A stretch of DNA of 20,709 bases from Candidatus Asbonarchaeum danakilense (GCA_034190465.1 JAXINV010000026.1:12836-33544); one strand, 5' to 3'. Shown: positions 7,752 through 16,113, numbered from the stretch's first letter. Numbers and translations: made by a program. The notes: generated from the letters alone by a model not told the origin.

Positions 7752-8420
7752 CTAGTAGACTTTGTCGCTCTCATCTTCTGGGCCGAGCGCGGTGTACTGC
7801 AGCGGGATCTCGACGGTGAGCACGCCGTTGTTCATCCCGACCTCGTAGTCGCCCTCCATCTGCACGAGGTACTTGCCGTCTTTCTCCATGCGTTCGGTGT
7901 GGTACGGGACGCTGTCGCGGAACAGCTGCTCGTAGTCGTCTTCCTGCCGTTCGTGGACTTCGAGGTGGTTGCCGTCGACCTCGAGTTTCAGATCTCCCTC
8001 GTCGAGCATCGCGTGGAGTGCTTCTTCCTCGGTCTCGGCGTCGTAGTCGTCCAGCTGGTACCGGGCGAAGTCGGTCTCACCGATGAGCCCGGGGACATCG
8101 AACTGGAACTGGACGAGGTCGACGTCCTCGCCGACATCGGATTCGAGGTAGTGGTCGAGCGCCTCGTCGCCCTCCAGCTCGGAGTAGTCCTGGATCTCTG
8201 CTGCCGGAGGTTCTCCGTGTGAGCCGGCGATCAGGCCGGGGCTGGACTGTTCCACGTCGCTGAGGTCGCGCGGCATCGTTTCGAAGAACTCCATGACCTG
8301 TTCGAACGAGGGCGTCCCCGCCTTATCCATGTTCCGGGCCAGGCTGTACGGGAACTTTTTCTCGATGTTGTTCTTTGCCGCGGCGGCGTCGGGCCAGCCA
8401 CCGAACCGTTTCTTGCGCAT
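7752..8420 (-). CDS. Divergent Hsp20/alpha-crystallin-like protein (start 8420 or 8330)
   Basis: FDVPGL, DLKLEVDGNHLEV and NNGVLTVEIP occur in the order expected for an alpha-crystallin domain, with insertions. AT-rich TATA-like run at 8448-8459. Confidence 0.6.
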   Translation of the reverse strand: MRKKRFGGWPDAAAAKNNIEKKFPYSLARNMDKAGTPSFEQVMEFFETMPRDLSDVEQSSPGLIAGSHGEPPAAEIQDYSELEGDEALDHYLESDVGEDVDLVQFQFDVPGLIGETDFARYQLDDYDAETEEEALHAMLDEGDLKLEVDGNHLEVHERQEDDYEQLFRDSVPYHTERMEKDGKYLVQMEGDYEVGMNNGVLTVEIPLQYTALGPEDESDKVY

Positions 8421-8550
8421 CGGTGCTAAGCAGAACGGGAGAGAACCTTAAAAAATTTACCTTGAAGCAGGTTTTCCTGACATATGTTAACAAAAGGGGG
8501 TGGAGGGGCCTGGAAGAAAGTTTTTATAGCTCTCTGCCGCAGTGACCGGC

Positions 8551-9570
8551 ATGGCCGGTGATCCGGGTGATAGCGCTACGGAGGAATTCTCGTTCGGCGA
8601 TGCCGCTATCCTTGCCATCCTGACGTTCATCGGTATCATCGGGGTCTATCTGAGCTCGCTCACGACGGATTCGCTCATCAACCTCAGGTTCGATGCCATC
8701 CTTGATCCGTCGCTCGCCTATCTTGCGCTGCTGGTGTTCCCGGTCGCCTGGGTGGCGAACATGTCGTTCGAACGGTTCCGGACGGAGAGCCTTGCTGCGT
8801 TCATCGTGCTGCCCGGTGTGTTCCGCGGCGGGGTCTTTGCGGTCTTCTGTCTCGGCTTCCCGCTCGCCGTCGTCTTTGCGTCCTACATGGCCCGGAGCGT
8901 GTTCAACGGGAAGAACTATTTCTGGACGTGTTTCAAGACGGGTTCGGCGATCGTGATGGTGCTGGGCGTTGTTTTTGCGTCGGTCGGTGCGTATTCGATG
9001 GCGCAGGACGCCGATATGCGGGAGACGGTGCGTGGAGCGGTCGCGGACAAGGTCACGGATCGTGCGCTGGAGGCGGTCAATGCGACGGTCAACTCGGGGT
9101 CAGGGCAGACGTTGATGGCGGAGCAGCGCCAGCTTGTCGTTGAGCTTTCTTCCCGGGTGGCGTCGAACGTCTCGACGGCGACGCTCCAGGCAGCCCGTAT
9201 CGCTGTCTTCAGGGCGACGAAGCAGGCCGATGGTACGGCTGCGGAGTTCAAACCGACGCAGATCAACCTGTTGAACCGGACGTTCGAGCAGCTCCAGACA
9301 TCGCTGCCGTCACGCCTGTCTGACCGGATCTCGGGCCGGGTCGGGGAGCGGATGGATGAGCGGATCGAGCAGGTCCAGCCGTCGAAGAAGAACATCAGGC
9401 AGGATGTCCGGGCCCGGATCGACAGCGGGCTGAGCGTGGTGTTCGATGATACGCGACTCCTCGCGGCCCTTACGTTCATCGTCCTGCTGTCGCTCATCTA
9501 CACGTTCAAGATCCCGTTCGAGCTGCTGACCGGGATGGTGGGCTATCTCATCCACCGCATGGTGGCGTAG
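8551..9570 (+). CDS. Hypothetical polytopic membrane protein with a large helical soluble loop
   Basis: About five N-terminal hydrophobic segments, a ~150-aa amphipathic loop, then a C-terminal hydrophobic segment. TTTTTATA at 8521-8528 supports ATG 8551. Confidence 0.85.
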   Translation: MAGDPGDSATEEFSFGDAAILAILTFIGIIGVYLSSLTTDSLINLRFDAILDPSLAYLALLVFPVAWVANMSFERFRTESLAAFIVLPGVFRGGVFAVFCLGFPLAVVFASYMARSVFNGKNYFWTCFKTGSAIVMVLGVVFASVGAYSMAQDADMRETVRGAVADKVTDRALEAVNATVNSGSGQTLMAEQRQLVVELSSRVASNVSTATLQAARIAVFRATKQADGTAAEFKPTQINLLNRTFEQLQTSLPSRLSDRISGRVGERMDERIEQVQPSKKNIRQDVRARIDSGLSVVFDDTRLLAALTFIVLLSLIYTFKIPFELLTGMVGYLIHRMVA

Positions 9571-9624
9571 AACCGCCCACCACGCCTCATTTTTAAAGGT
9601 TGCCCGTCAATCCGGGGGCCACGG

Positions 9625-12318
9625 ATGGCTTCGATCACCTTCATGGACGAGAGCGACGCGTCGGACGAACTCCCCGAGGACTTTGAACCGTACGTCAAGG
9701 AGTGGTTCAACGAGCGGTTCGAGGAGCTGACACCGCCGCAGCGGTATTCGTTCGATCTGATCCACGAGGGGGAGAACAGTCTGATCTGCGCGCCGACGGG
9801 CTCGGGCAAGACGCTGTCGGCGTTTCTTTCGGCGCTGAACGAGCTGTTCATGATGGGTGATCAGGGCGAGCTTGAGGACAGGGTGTACGTTCTGTATGTC
9901 TCGCCGCTCCGCGCGCTGAACAACGACATCCACCGGAACCTGGAGGAGCCGCTGGACGGGATCAGGCAGCAGGCGGAGGAGATGGGCTACGATATGCCTG
10001 AGGTCCGGTCGGCGGTCAGGACGGGCGATACCTCGCAGTCTGAGCGGTCGAAGATGCTTGATACCCCGCCGCACATCCTGATAACGACGCCGGAGACGCT
10101 GGGTATCATCCTGAATGCGCCGAAGTTCCGTGAGAAGCTGAAGGATGTGAAGTACGTGATCACGGATGAGATCCATTCGCTGTCGGACAACAAGCGCGGT
10201 GTGCACCTGTCGCTGTCGCTGGAGCGGCTGCAGGAGATGGCGGACACCGATCCGACCCGTATCGGGCTGTCGGCGACGCAGGCACCGATCGAGGAGATCG
10301 CGAAGTACCTGGTCGGGTACGAGTGGCGGGACGGTGAGCTGGAGACCCGTGGCTGCAACATCGTGGACGTGGCGGCGTCGAAGCGGATGGATCTGCAGGT
10401 GATGACGCCGGTCGACGATCTTATCTACACGCCGCCGAACGAGACCCGTGGCAAGGCGTACGAGATGATGCACGAGCTGGTGCAGGACCACGAGTCGACG
10501 ATCATCTTCACGAACACGCGGGCTGCGACTGAGCGCGTGGTGAATACACTGAAGAACAAGTATCCGGACGCCTACGAGGACAATATCGGTGCGCACCACT
10601 CGTCGATGTCGCGTGAGAAGCGGCTGGAGGTTGAGGAGAAGCTGAAGAACGGCGAGCTGAAGGTCGCGGCGACGTCGACGTCGCTGGAGCTGGGGATCGA
10701 TATCGGGTACACGGACCTGGTGATCCAGATGGGCAGCCCGAAGGGCGTGGCGCGCGGCGTGCAGCGGATCGGCCGGTCGGGCCACAAGGTGGGCGAGGAG
10801 GCGAAGGGCCGGATGGTTGTCATGGACCGGGACGACGCCCTGGAGTGCTCGGTGCTGTTGAAGGATGCGAAGGAGGACAATCTGGACCGTGTCCGGATGC
10901 CGATGCGGAGTCTGGACGTGCTGTCCCAGCATCTGGTGGGGATGGCGTGCAACCGGAAGTGGCCGGTGGATGAGGCGTTCGACGTGGTCCGGCGTGCGTA
11001 CAATTATACTGAGCTGGAGCGGGAGGACTACGACAAGACGCTGGACTACCTGGCGGGGCAGTACGCGGAGCTGGAGGATCAGAACGTGTACGGTAAGATC
11101 TGGGTCGGTGAGGAGCTTGAGGAGGATGAGGACAAGGAGGACGCTGATTCCCGGATCTCGGTGGTCGAGGCGGAGGACACGTCGGAGCTGGTGTTCGGTC
11201 GCCGCGGGAAGATGACCCGTGTGATCTACATGACGAACATCGGCACGATCCCGGACGAGTCCCAGTACCGCGTGTTCCTCCGTGGCAGCGATGAACGGGT
11301 CGGTTCTCTAGACGAGGAGTTCCTGGACCGTTTGACGAAGGGCGACGTGTTCGTGCTGGGCGGTTCGACCTACCAGTTCCAGTACGCCCGCGGGATGAAG
11401 GTGTACGTGGATTCGGTGCCGGAGAAGAGTCCGACGGTGCCGTCGTGGTATTCTGAGATGCTGCCGCTGTCGTACGATCTTGGCAGGAGCATCGGCAGGT
11501 TCTGCGGCAAGATCGAGCGCCAGCTGGAGATGGGCTGCAGCGAGCAGGAGGTCATCGACTGGATGGACGGCGCGTACTATATGGATGAGAACACGGCGAA
11601 GGCGATTTTCGGCTATGTGTCGGAGCAGTACGAGTACCTGGGCTTCGTGCCGACGGACCGGAAGCTGCTGGTGGAGAAGACGGTGGATGAGGACAATAAG
11701 CTGAACGTGGTGTTCCACACGATCTTCGGCCGGGAGGTCAACGATGCCTTAGCGCGGGTGTTCGCCCATCTGCTGTCGAAGAAGGTGAATACGAACGTGG
11801 GGATGGTGGTGGAGGACCACGGCTTCGTGTTGAAGCTGCCGCGCCGCCCTGTGGATCTTGACGAGCTGATAGCGGATGCTGCGGACGTGGATATGCGGGA
11901 GACGCTGAAGACGGCGGTGCGGAAGACGGAGCTGATGAAGCGACGGTTCCGCCACGTTGCGGGCCGGGCGTTGATGATCATCCGGAACTACAAGGGCAAC
12001 CACAAGTCGGTGGGTAAGCAGCAGATGAAGTCGCATTTCCTGCTGCCGGCGGTGGAGAAGATCGACACTGAGTTCCCGATCCTGAAGGAGACGTACCGCG
12101 AGATCATGGAGGACGCGATGGACGTGGAGCACGCGAAGGAGGTGGTGGAGGGTATCGATGAGGGCGATATCGAGTACGAGATCCGTGACACGCAGACGCC
12201 GTCGCCGTTCGCGCACAACATGATCCTGCAGGGGCAGTCGGACGTGATCAAGATGGAGGACAAGAAGGAGCGGCTGCAGCAGCTGCATGAACAGGTCATG
12301 GAACGGATCGAGGGGTGA
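9625..12318 (+). CDS. lhr: Lhr-core SF2 ATP-dependent helicase
   Basis: Q motif LTPPQ, APTGSGKT, YVSPLRALNNDI, ITTPE, DEIH, GLSAT, FTNTR, HHSS, TSLELGIDIG, QRIGRSGH, NIGTIPD, PSPFA. TATA TTTTAAA at ~9591-9597. Confidence 0.96.
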   Translation: MASITFMDESDASDELPEDFEPYVKEWFNERFEELTPPQRYSFDLIHEGENSLICAPTGSGKTLSAFLSALNELFMMGDQGELEDRVYVLYVSPLRALNNDIHRNLEEPLDGIRQQAEEMGYDMPEVRSAVRTGDTSQSERSKMLDTPPHILITTPETLGIILNAPKFREKLKDVKYVITDEIHSLSDNKRGVHLSLSLERLQEMADTDPTRIGLSATQAPIEEIAKYLVGYEWRDGELETRGCNIVDVAASKRMDLQVMTPVDDLIYTPPNETRGKAYEMMHELVQDHESTIIFTNTRAATERVVNTLKNKYPDAYEDNIGAHHSSMSREKRLEVEEKLKNGELKVAATSTSLELGIDIGYTDLVIQMGSPKGVARGVQRIGRSGHKVGEEAKGRMVVMDRDDALECSVLLKDAKEDNLDRVRMPMRSLDVLSQHLVGMACNRKWPVDEAFDVVRRAYNYTELEREDYDKTLDYLAGQYAELEDQNVYGKIWVGEELEEDEDKEDADSRISVVEAEDTSELVFGRRGKMTRVIYMTNIGTIPDESQYRVFLRGSDERVGSLDEEFLDRLTKGDVFVLGGSTYQFQYARGMKVYVDSVPEKSPTVPSWYSEMLPLSYDLGRSIGRFCGKIERQLEMGCSEQEVIDWMDGAYYMDENTAKAIFGYVSEQYEYLGFVPTDRKLLVEKTVDEDNKLNVVFHTIFGREVNDALARVFAHLLSKKVNTNVGMVVEDHGFVLKLPRRPVDLDELIADAADVDMRETLKTAVRKTELMKRRFRHVAGRALMIIRNYKGNHKSVGKQQMKSHFLLPAVEKIDTEFPILKETYREIMEDAMDVEHAKEVVEGIDEGDIEYEIRDTQTPSPFAHNMILQGQSDVIKMEDKKERLQQLHEQVMERIEG

Positions 12319-13073
12319 CGACGGTGGAGCTGCTGGACGGATTCCGCGTAGTCGACGAGAAGCCGGCTGTATATGTCGAGCGGCTCGACGCGCTGGTGGT
12401 GGCGGACACGCACATCGGGATCGAGGTGGTGGAGGCCCGGTCGGGGACGCTGATGCCGAAGTTCCAGCTTGATGAGCTGCTTGAGGAGCTGGAGGCGATG
12501 CAGGAGGAGACGGAGGCGTCGACCCTGATCGTGGACGGCGATGTGAAGCACTCGTTCTCTGGGAAGCATGTGAAGGAACGCGAGGAGGTGCAGGAGTTCC
12601 TGGATACGGTGTCGATGCTGTTCGATACGGTGAAGCTGGTCCGTGGCAACCATGACAATGCGCTGGAGTATCGTGTGGAGGACTACACGAACGTGGAGCT
12701 GGCGGACCATTTCCTGGAGGAGGACATCTATTTCACGCATGGGGACGAGGAGCCGGAGGACTTGGGCGTGACGGGCGCTGCAACGGTGGTGATCGGGCAT
12801 GAGCACCCGGCGATCGCTGTGAAGGACGAGGTCGGGGTGAAGGAGAAGATCGCGTGTTTCCTGTACGGGCCGATGGGTGACGGCCGTGATATCCTGGTGC
12901 TGCCGGCGTTCACGAAGCTGGCTGCGGGGACTGAGGTGAACGAGGTGCCGAAACGGAAGCTGCTGTCGCCGTTGCTCCGCTCGATCGATGTCGATGCATT
13001 GACGGCGGTGGCGGTCGACAGAGAAGCAGGTGTGTTCGAGTACCCGACGATCGGTGAACTCCGGGAGCTCTAG
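12315..13073 (+). CDS. Lhr-associated metallophosphoesterase (calcineurin-like, COG1407 type)
   Basis: ADTHIG, DGDVKH, GNHD, THG, GHEHP and LPAF motifs; GTGA overlap with the lhr stop. Confidence 0.93.
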   Translation: MTTVELLDGFRVVDEKPAVYVERLDALVVADTHIGIEVVEARSGTLMPKFQLDELLEELEAMQEETEASTLIVDGDVKHSFSGKHVKEREEVQEFLDTVSMLFDTVKLVRGNHDNALEYRVEDYTNVELADHFLEEDIYFTHGDEEPEDLGVTGAATVVIGHEHPAIAVKDEVGVKEKIACFLYGPMGDGRDILVLPAFTKLAAGTEVNEVPKRKLLSPLLRSIDVDALTAVAVDREAGVFEYPTIGELREL

Positions 13074-13603
13074 TGGAGGACGTTGCCCTCGCCGTAGCTG
13101 TCGTACTTGTCCTTGAGTCCGTCGCTGCTCGTCTTGTCGTCCTGGTCGTTGCCGAGGAACTGTTCTTTCTCTTTCTCCTTGAGGGACTGGAACCGTTCCT
13201 TGCTGGCCTGGTAGGGGTCACCGTCTTCGTCGTCGCTGCTTGCCTCGTCACGCAGTTTCTCGATCTTGTCCTCGGCGACGGACTGTCTGTCGCTCGGTGA
13301 TCTTGAATGATCGCCTTCTTCGTCTGTCGGTGTGCTCTGCTCTGATGGCGCCGTGCCGGAGGGTTCATCGTCGGTCGGCTGGCTGGGTGAGGTCTCGGGA
13401 GCGGGCTCGTCTGCTACGCTGTCCTGGCTCTGGTCTGTGGTCTGCTCATCGGACTGCAGGATCTCGATGTCGGTGTCGTCTCCGTCGTCGGACGGTTGTT
13501 CGCTGGGGTCGGGGCTGTCGGTTTCCTCCTGCTGTACGGTGTCGTCCTGGCTCTCCGCGTCCCCGTCATCTTGCTGGTTGGCCCGCTTGATGAGTTCGTC
13601 CAT
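13070..13603 (-). CDS. Hypothetical low-complexity acidic, probably disordered protein
   Basis: D/E/S/Q/P-rich 177 aa; TATA-like TTTAAG (minus, ~13626-13631) ~23 nt upstream of the ATG; convergent CTAG stop overlap with the MPE gene. Confidence 0.75.
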   Translation of the reverse strand: MDELIKRANQQDDGDAESQDDTVQQEETDSPDPSEQPSDDGDDTDIEILQSDEQTTDQSQDSVADEPAPETSPSQPTDDEPSGTAPSEQSTPTDEEGDHSRSPSDRQSVAEDKIEKLRDEASSDDEDGDPYQASKERFQSLKEKEKEQFLGNDQDDKTSSDGLKDKYDSYGEGNVLH

Positions 13604-13728
13604 AGTTCCTGGTACGTGCTCCTGACTTAAATTGTTTCGTGGTAGCCTGATTGTGGGTGTTCCGCCGCTCCTTCCGCCGCTCCGGAGGCGGTGTTCCGCG
13701 GGCGCTTATTTTTGCTGCGTGTCGACGG

Positions 13729-13743
13729 GAAAGCATTATATAC
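13729..13743 (+). promoter_or_regulatory. BRE/TATA promoter of the histone-fold gene
   Basis: GAAAGCA-TTATATAC; GGTGA SD just upstream of ATG 13784. Confidence 0.7.
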
Positions 13744-13783
13744 GTCGCGCCCCAATTTACCGGTAGATTCTGGTGAATGATCC

Positions 13784-14128
13784 ATGGTTGAGGTACCTGA
13801 CGATATTGAGAAGAGTGAACTCGCGTTTCCCCATTCGCGCATCGTGAACATGATCAGAGATAGGACCGATGAGGGCCAGTACGTCCGCAAGTCGGTCTAC
13901 TTCGGTCTGAACATCTTGCTCGGACAGATTGCCGAGGAGATTGCGAACAACCTTGTGGAAACTGACAAGGCGTACATCGAGAAGTCTGATCTCGACCGTG
14001 CCGCACGTAAGTATGAGCGGATCGAGGAGGTGCTTGAGGAGAAGGAACGGATTGTCAAGCACCTCAACGCGATGGAGGACGATGTCGGGAAACTGGCACG
14101 CGATATCGAGAATGCCGGGCTGGAGTAA
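13784..14128 (+). CDS. Histone-fold protein with C-terminal coiled coil (coiled-coil histone type)
   Basis: LAFPHSRIVNMIR (a1), YVRKSV..LNILLGQIAEEIANNL (L1/a2), AYIEKSDLDRA (L2/a3), then heptad helix EEKERIVKHLNAMEDDVGKLARDIE. Confidence 0.8.
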   Translation: MVEVPDDIEKSELAFPHSRIVNMIRDRTDEGQYVRKSVYFGLNILLGQIAEEIANNLVETDKAYIEKSDLDRAARKYERIEEVLEEKERIVKHLNAMEDDVGKLARDIENAGLE

Positions 14129-14155
14129 GACCCGGTCCCATCTGTTTTTCTTTCT

Positions 14156-14368
14156 ATGTGGGCGAAGGACGGTCGGCGTTCATGGACGTACAGTGATGGA
14201 TCTGTGCAGGGGAGGGCAGCGGTCCACGAGATGGAAGGCGGCTACAAGGCGGTCGTGGAGATCACGGACAAGGATTTTGGGATGGATCTGGTCTCGAAGG
14301 AGGAGTTCTTCCAGTCCGAGCAGGAGGCGATGGCGTTCGTCCGTGAAGCGATGGAAGAAGCAGTCTGA
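14156..14368 (+). CDS. Small hypothetical protein (70 aa)
   Basis: Fills the gap with host-like codon use and acidic composition; beta-strand pattern followed by a C-terminal helix (SEQEAMAFVREAME). Confidence 0.7.
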   Translation: MWAKDGRRSWTYSDGSVQGRAAVHEMEGGYKAVVEITDKDFGMDLVSKEEFFQSEQEAMAFVREAMEEAV

Positions 14369-14404
14369 CGACGTTGAATTTTTACCGGAGTTCTCTGTTC
14401 TTTT

Positions 14405-14800
14405 CTACTCGGATTTCAATGCTGTGGAGGAGTGGCTGGTGCTGCTCTCGATCCGTACGACGTCGATGTCGTGGCCCTGGTCGCTGAGCGCTTTTTCAAG
14501 TTCGTCTTCGTCGAAGTCCTGGTCGTAGCCGAGGGTGACGATATCGGGCTCCAGTCTGTCGACTGTGTCGAAGATGCTGTCTTTGCTACCCAGGATGGCC
14601 TTATCCACCATATCAAGGGCGTTAACAACCTTTCTGCGCTCTTTTTCGTCGAGCCGCAGGTCGTCTTTCTGCTGGTTGGCTCTGCTGTCCCTTGCGATGA
14701 CGACGTAGAGTTCGTCGCCCAGTGCCGCGGATTCCCGGAGATAGTGGATGTGGCCGGGGTGGAGGAAGTCGAAGGTGCCGTTGGCGAGGACGCGGGTCAT
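14405..14800 (-). CDS. ribL: Archaeal FAD synthase (cytidylyltransferase family)
   Basis: MTRVLANGTFDFLHPGHIHYLRES..GDELYVVIARD..PDIVTLGYDQ..SST. Confidence 0.88.
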   Translation of the reverse strand: MTRVLANGTFDFLHPGHIHYLRESAALGDELYVVIARDSRANQQKDDLRLDEKERRKVVNALDMVDKAILGSKDSIFDTVDRLEPDIVTLGYDQDFDEDELEKALSDQGHDIDVVRIESSTSHSSTALKSE

Positions 14801-14810
14801 GCTGTCACCG

Positions 14811-14849
14811 GGAAAGAAGGAAAAAGAGGGGTTGCCGGTGTGTGCCGGC
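14811..14849 (-). terminator. Putative terminator after rpl15e
   Basis: GCCGG/CCGGC hairpin (14834-14849) followed on the minus strand by pyrimidine tract CTCTTTTTCCTTCTTTCC. Confidence 0.45.
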
Positions 14850-14854
14850 GGTTA

Positions 14855-15436
14855 TCAGTTCTCACGCTGCCTGTTGGCGCGCCGTGACGGCCGTGCCTTT
14901 TCGGCGCCTTTGCCTTTGTTCCGCAGGCCGCGTGTCTCCTTGCCTGCCCCTGTGAGGCCGCGCTCTGCCCGTCCCCGCTGCTTTGCGACGTCCTGGTAGT
15001 CGTCGTCGTTCTTGATGGCGGGGTGTTCGGGGTCGATGAGGACATGCTCGAACCACTTGTGGATGCCGTCCTTGGCGACCGGGTAGGAGTTGAGCACTTC
15101 GAGGTTAGGGTATTTCTGGGAGACGCGCTCCTCCATGATCTGCCGGTAGTTCTTCTTCGGGGAGAATTTGACCTGGCCGGCGCGCTTGGGTCGACGGCCT
15201 GCCTTGATGTCGCGTCGCCGCCTGCTGCCCCGCATGACGCGGCCACGGACCACGATGACGCCTGGCTTGGCCTTGTACCCGATTGAACGGGCTTTGGCGA
15301 TACGTGTCGGACGCTCGATACGTGTGATGGCGTCCTGTTCGCGCCACTCTTTGAGGCGCTGCTGCCAGATTTTCCGGAGTGTTTCGTCGTCGTTCCTATC
15401 TCTCCACTGCTCGCGTGCGTAGCTGTAAAAGGTCAT
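14855..15436 (-). CDS. rpl15e: 50S ribosomal protein L15e
   Basis: RIERPTRIAKARSIGYKAKPG..GRRPKR..EERVSQKYPNLEVLNSYPV..KWFE..LIDPEHPAI..RGLTGAGK..RGLR. GAGGTGA SD. Confidence 0.97.
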   Translation of the reverse strand: MTFYSYAREQWRDRNDDETLRKIWQQRLKEWREQDAITRIERPTRIAKARSIGYKAKPGVIVVRGRVMRGSRRRRDIKAGRRPKRAGQVKFSPKKNYRQIMEERVSQKYPNLEVLNSYPVAKDGIHKWFEHVLIDPEHPAIKNDDDYQDVAKQRGRAERGLTGAGKETRGLRNKGKGAEKARPSRRANRQREN

Positions 15437-15545
15437 GGTGGTTCACCTCGCCTTGCGGCTTCTCCTTCAGGAGTCACGAAATCGGAGATTTCGTTCGAAC
15501 TGCTGAACCTCCGGTTCCGCTGTGTCCCACATCGAAGGTGCCACT
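15437..15545 (-). ncRNA. Structured 5' leader of rpl15e (candidate eL15 r-leader)
   Basis: ~105-nt UTR between TATA (15565-15572) and ATG, with hairpins ACGAAATC/GATTTCGT (15476-15494), CTCC-TGAA-GGAG (15462-15473) and GCC-GCAA-GGC GNRA loop (15450-15459) abutting the SD. An eL15 leader is known in Euryarchaeota. Confidence 0.55.
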
Positions 15546-15661
15546 CCACGTCTTGCTGGCAAGCTTTTTAAACCAATGGCTGCTGAGGGGGGTGGGGCGG
15601 CCCGATCTTGACGGGCCACAAGGTATTTATGGCCTGAGGAGAAGATGTTTCCGTGGTATAA

Positions 15662-16108
15662 ATGAGGCCCTATACGAAGATTCTGATCGGCGCGCTGATG
15701 ATTGTGGGCGGGTTTGCATGGTATATCCCTGCCCAACCAGGCCCGTCAACGCTCACGAACTTTCAGGCGCTTGCTGTACTGGTACAGGGCGGTTTAGGGG
15801 TTTTCCTTGCTCTGGTCGGTCTTTTCGTCGTCTGGATTGAGTCTGACGAGCTGAAGATTCAGCGCGAGCTTGAACGGCATGACTTTGAACCGGAGAAGTA
15901 TCGCGAAGAGGAGGATGAGTTCGATACCGGGGCGGGTGTCGCGGAGATCCCGGACCAGGACTACGACGAGGTCGTCGAAGGCACGGTGGACGAGGTGAAG
16001 GACCGTGTCAGAGAGGAGGAGCTCGACCCTGCGCTTGTCCTCCAGGCCGAGAAGGAGAACAAGGACCGCAAGACACTGAAGGACTGGCTGCAGGACCGGT
16101 TGGAGTGA
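15662..16108 (+). CDS. Two-TM membrane protein with acidic linker and C-terminal helical module
   Basis: Hydrophobic segments at aa ~6-23 and ~36-59; tail DYDEVVEGTVDEVK..VLQAEKENKDRKTLKDWL; TATA TATTTAT at 15624-15630. Confidence 0.85.
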   Translation: MRPYTKILIGALMIVGGFAWYIPAQPGPSTLTNFQALAVLVQGGLGVFLALVGLFVVWIESDELKIQRELERHDFEPEKYREEEDEFDTGAGVAEIPDQDYDEVVEGTVDEVKDRVREEELDPALVLQAEKENKDRKTLKDWLQDRLE

Positions 16109-16113
16109 TACAG

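Noticed and set aside
9607..10932. 441-aa minus-strand ORF, and similar long antisense ORFs at 692-1477, 5326-6105, 7365-8222, 11988-12806, 18411-19361, 18554-19456
   Set aside because: Shadow ORFs opposite well-supported genes; expected from high GC3 and with unnatural composition.
11107..11190. Possible intein in Lhr
   Set aside because: The insert is ~28 aa with no C/S start or HN end splicing motifs.
13656..13699. Tandem TTCCGCCGCTCC x2 and GGTGTTCCGC x2 in the intergenic region
   Set aside because: Too short, with no spacers; not CRISPR, and no convincing match to origin (ORB) boxes or a known RNA.
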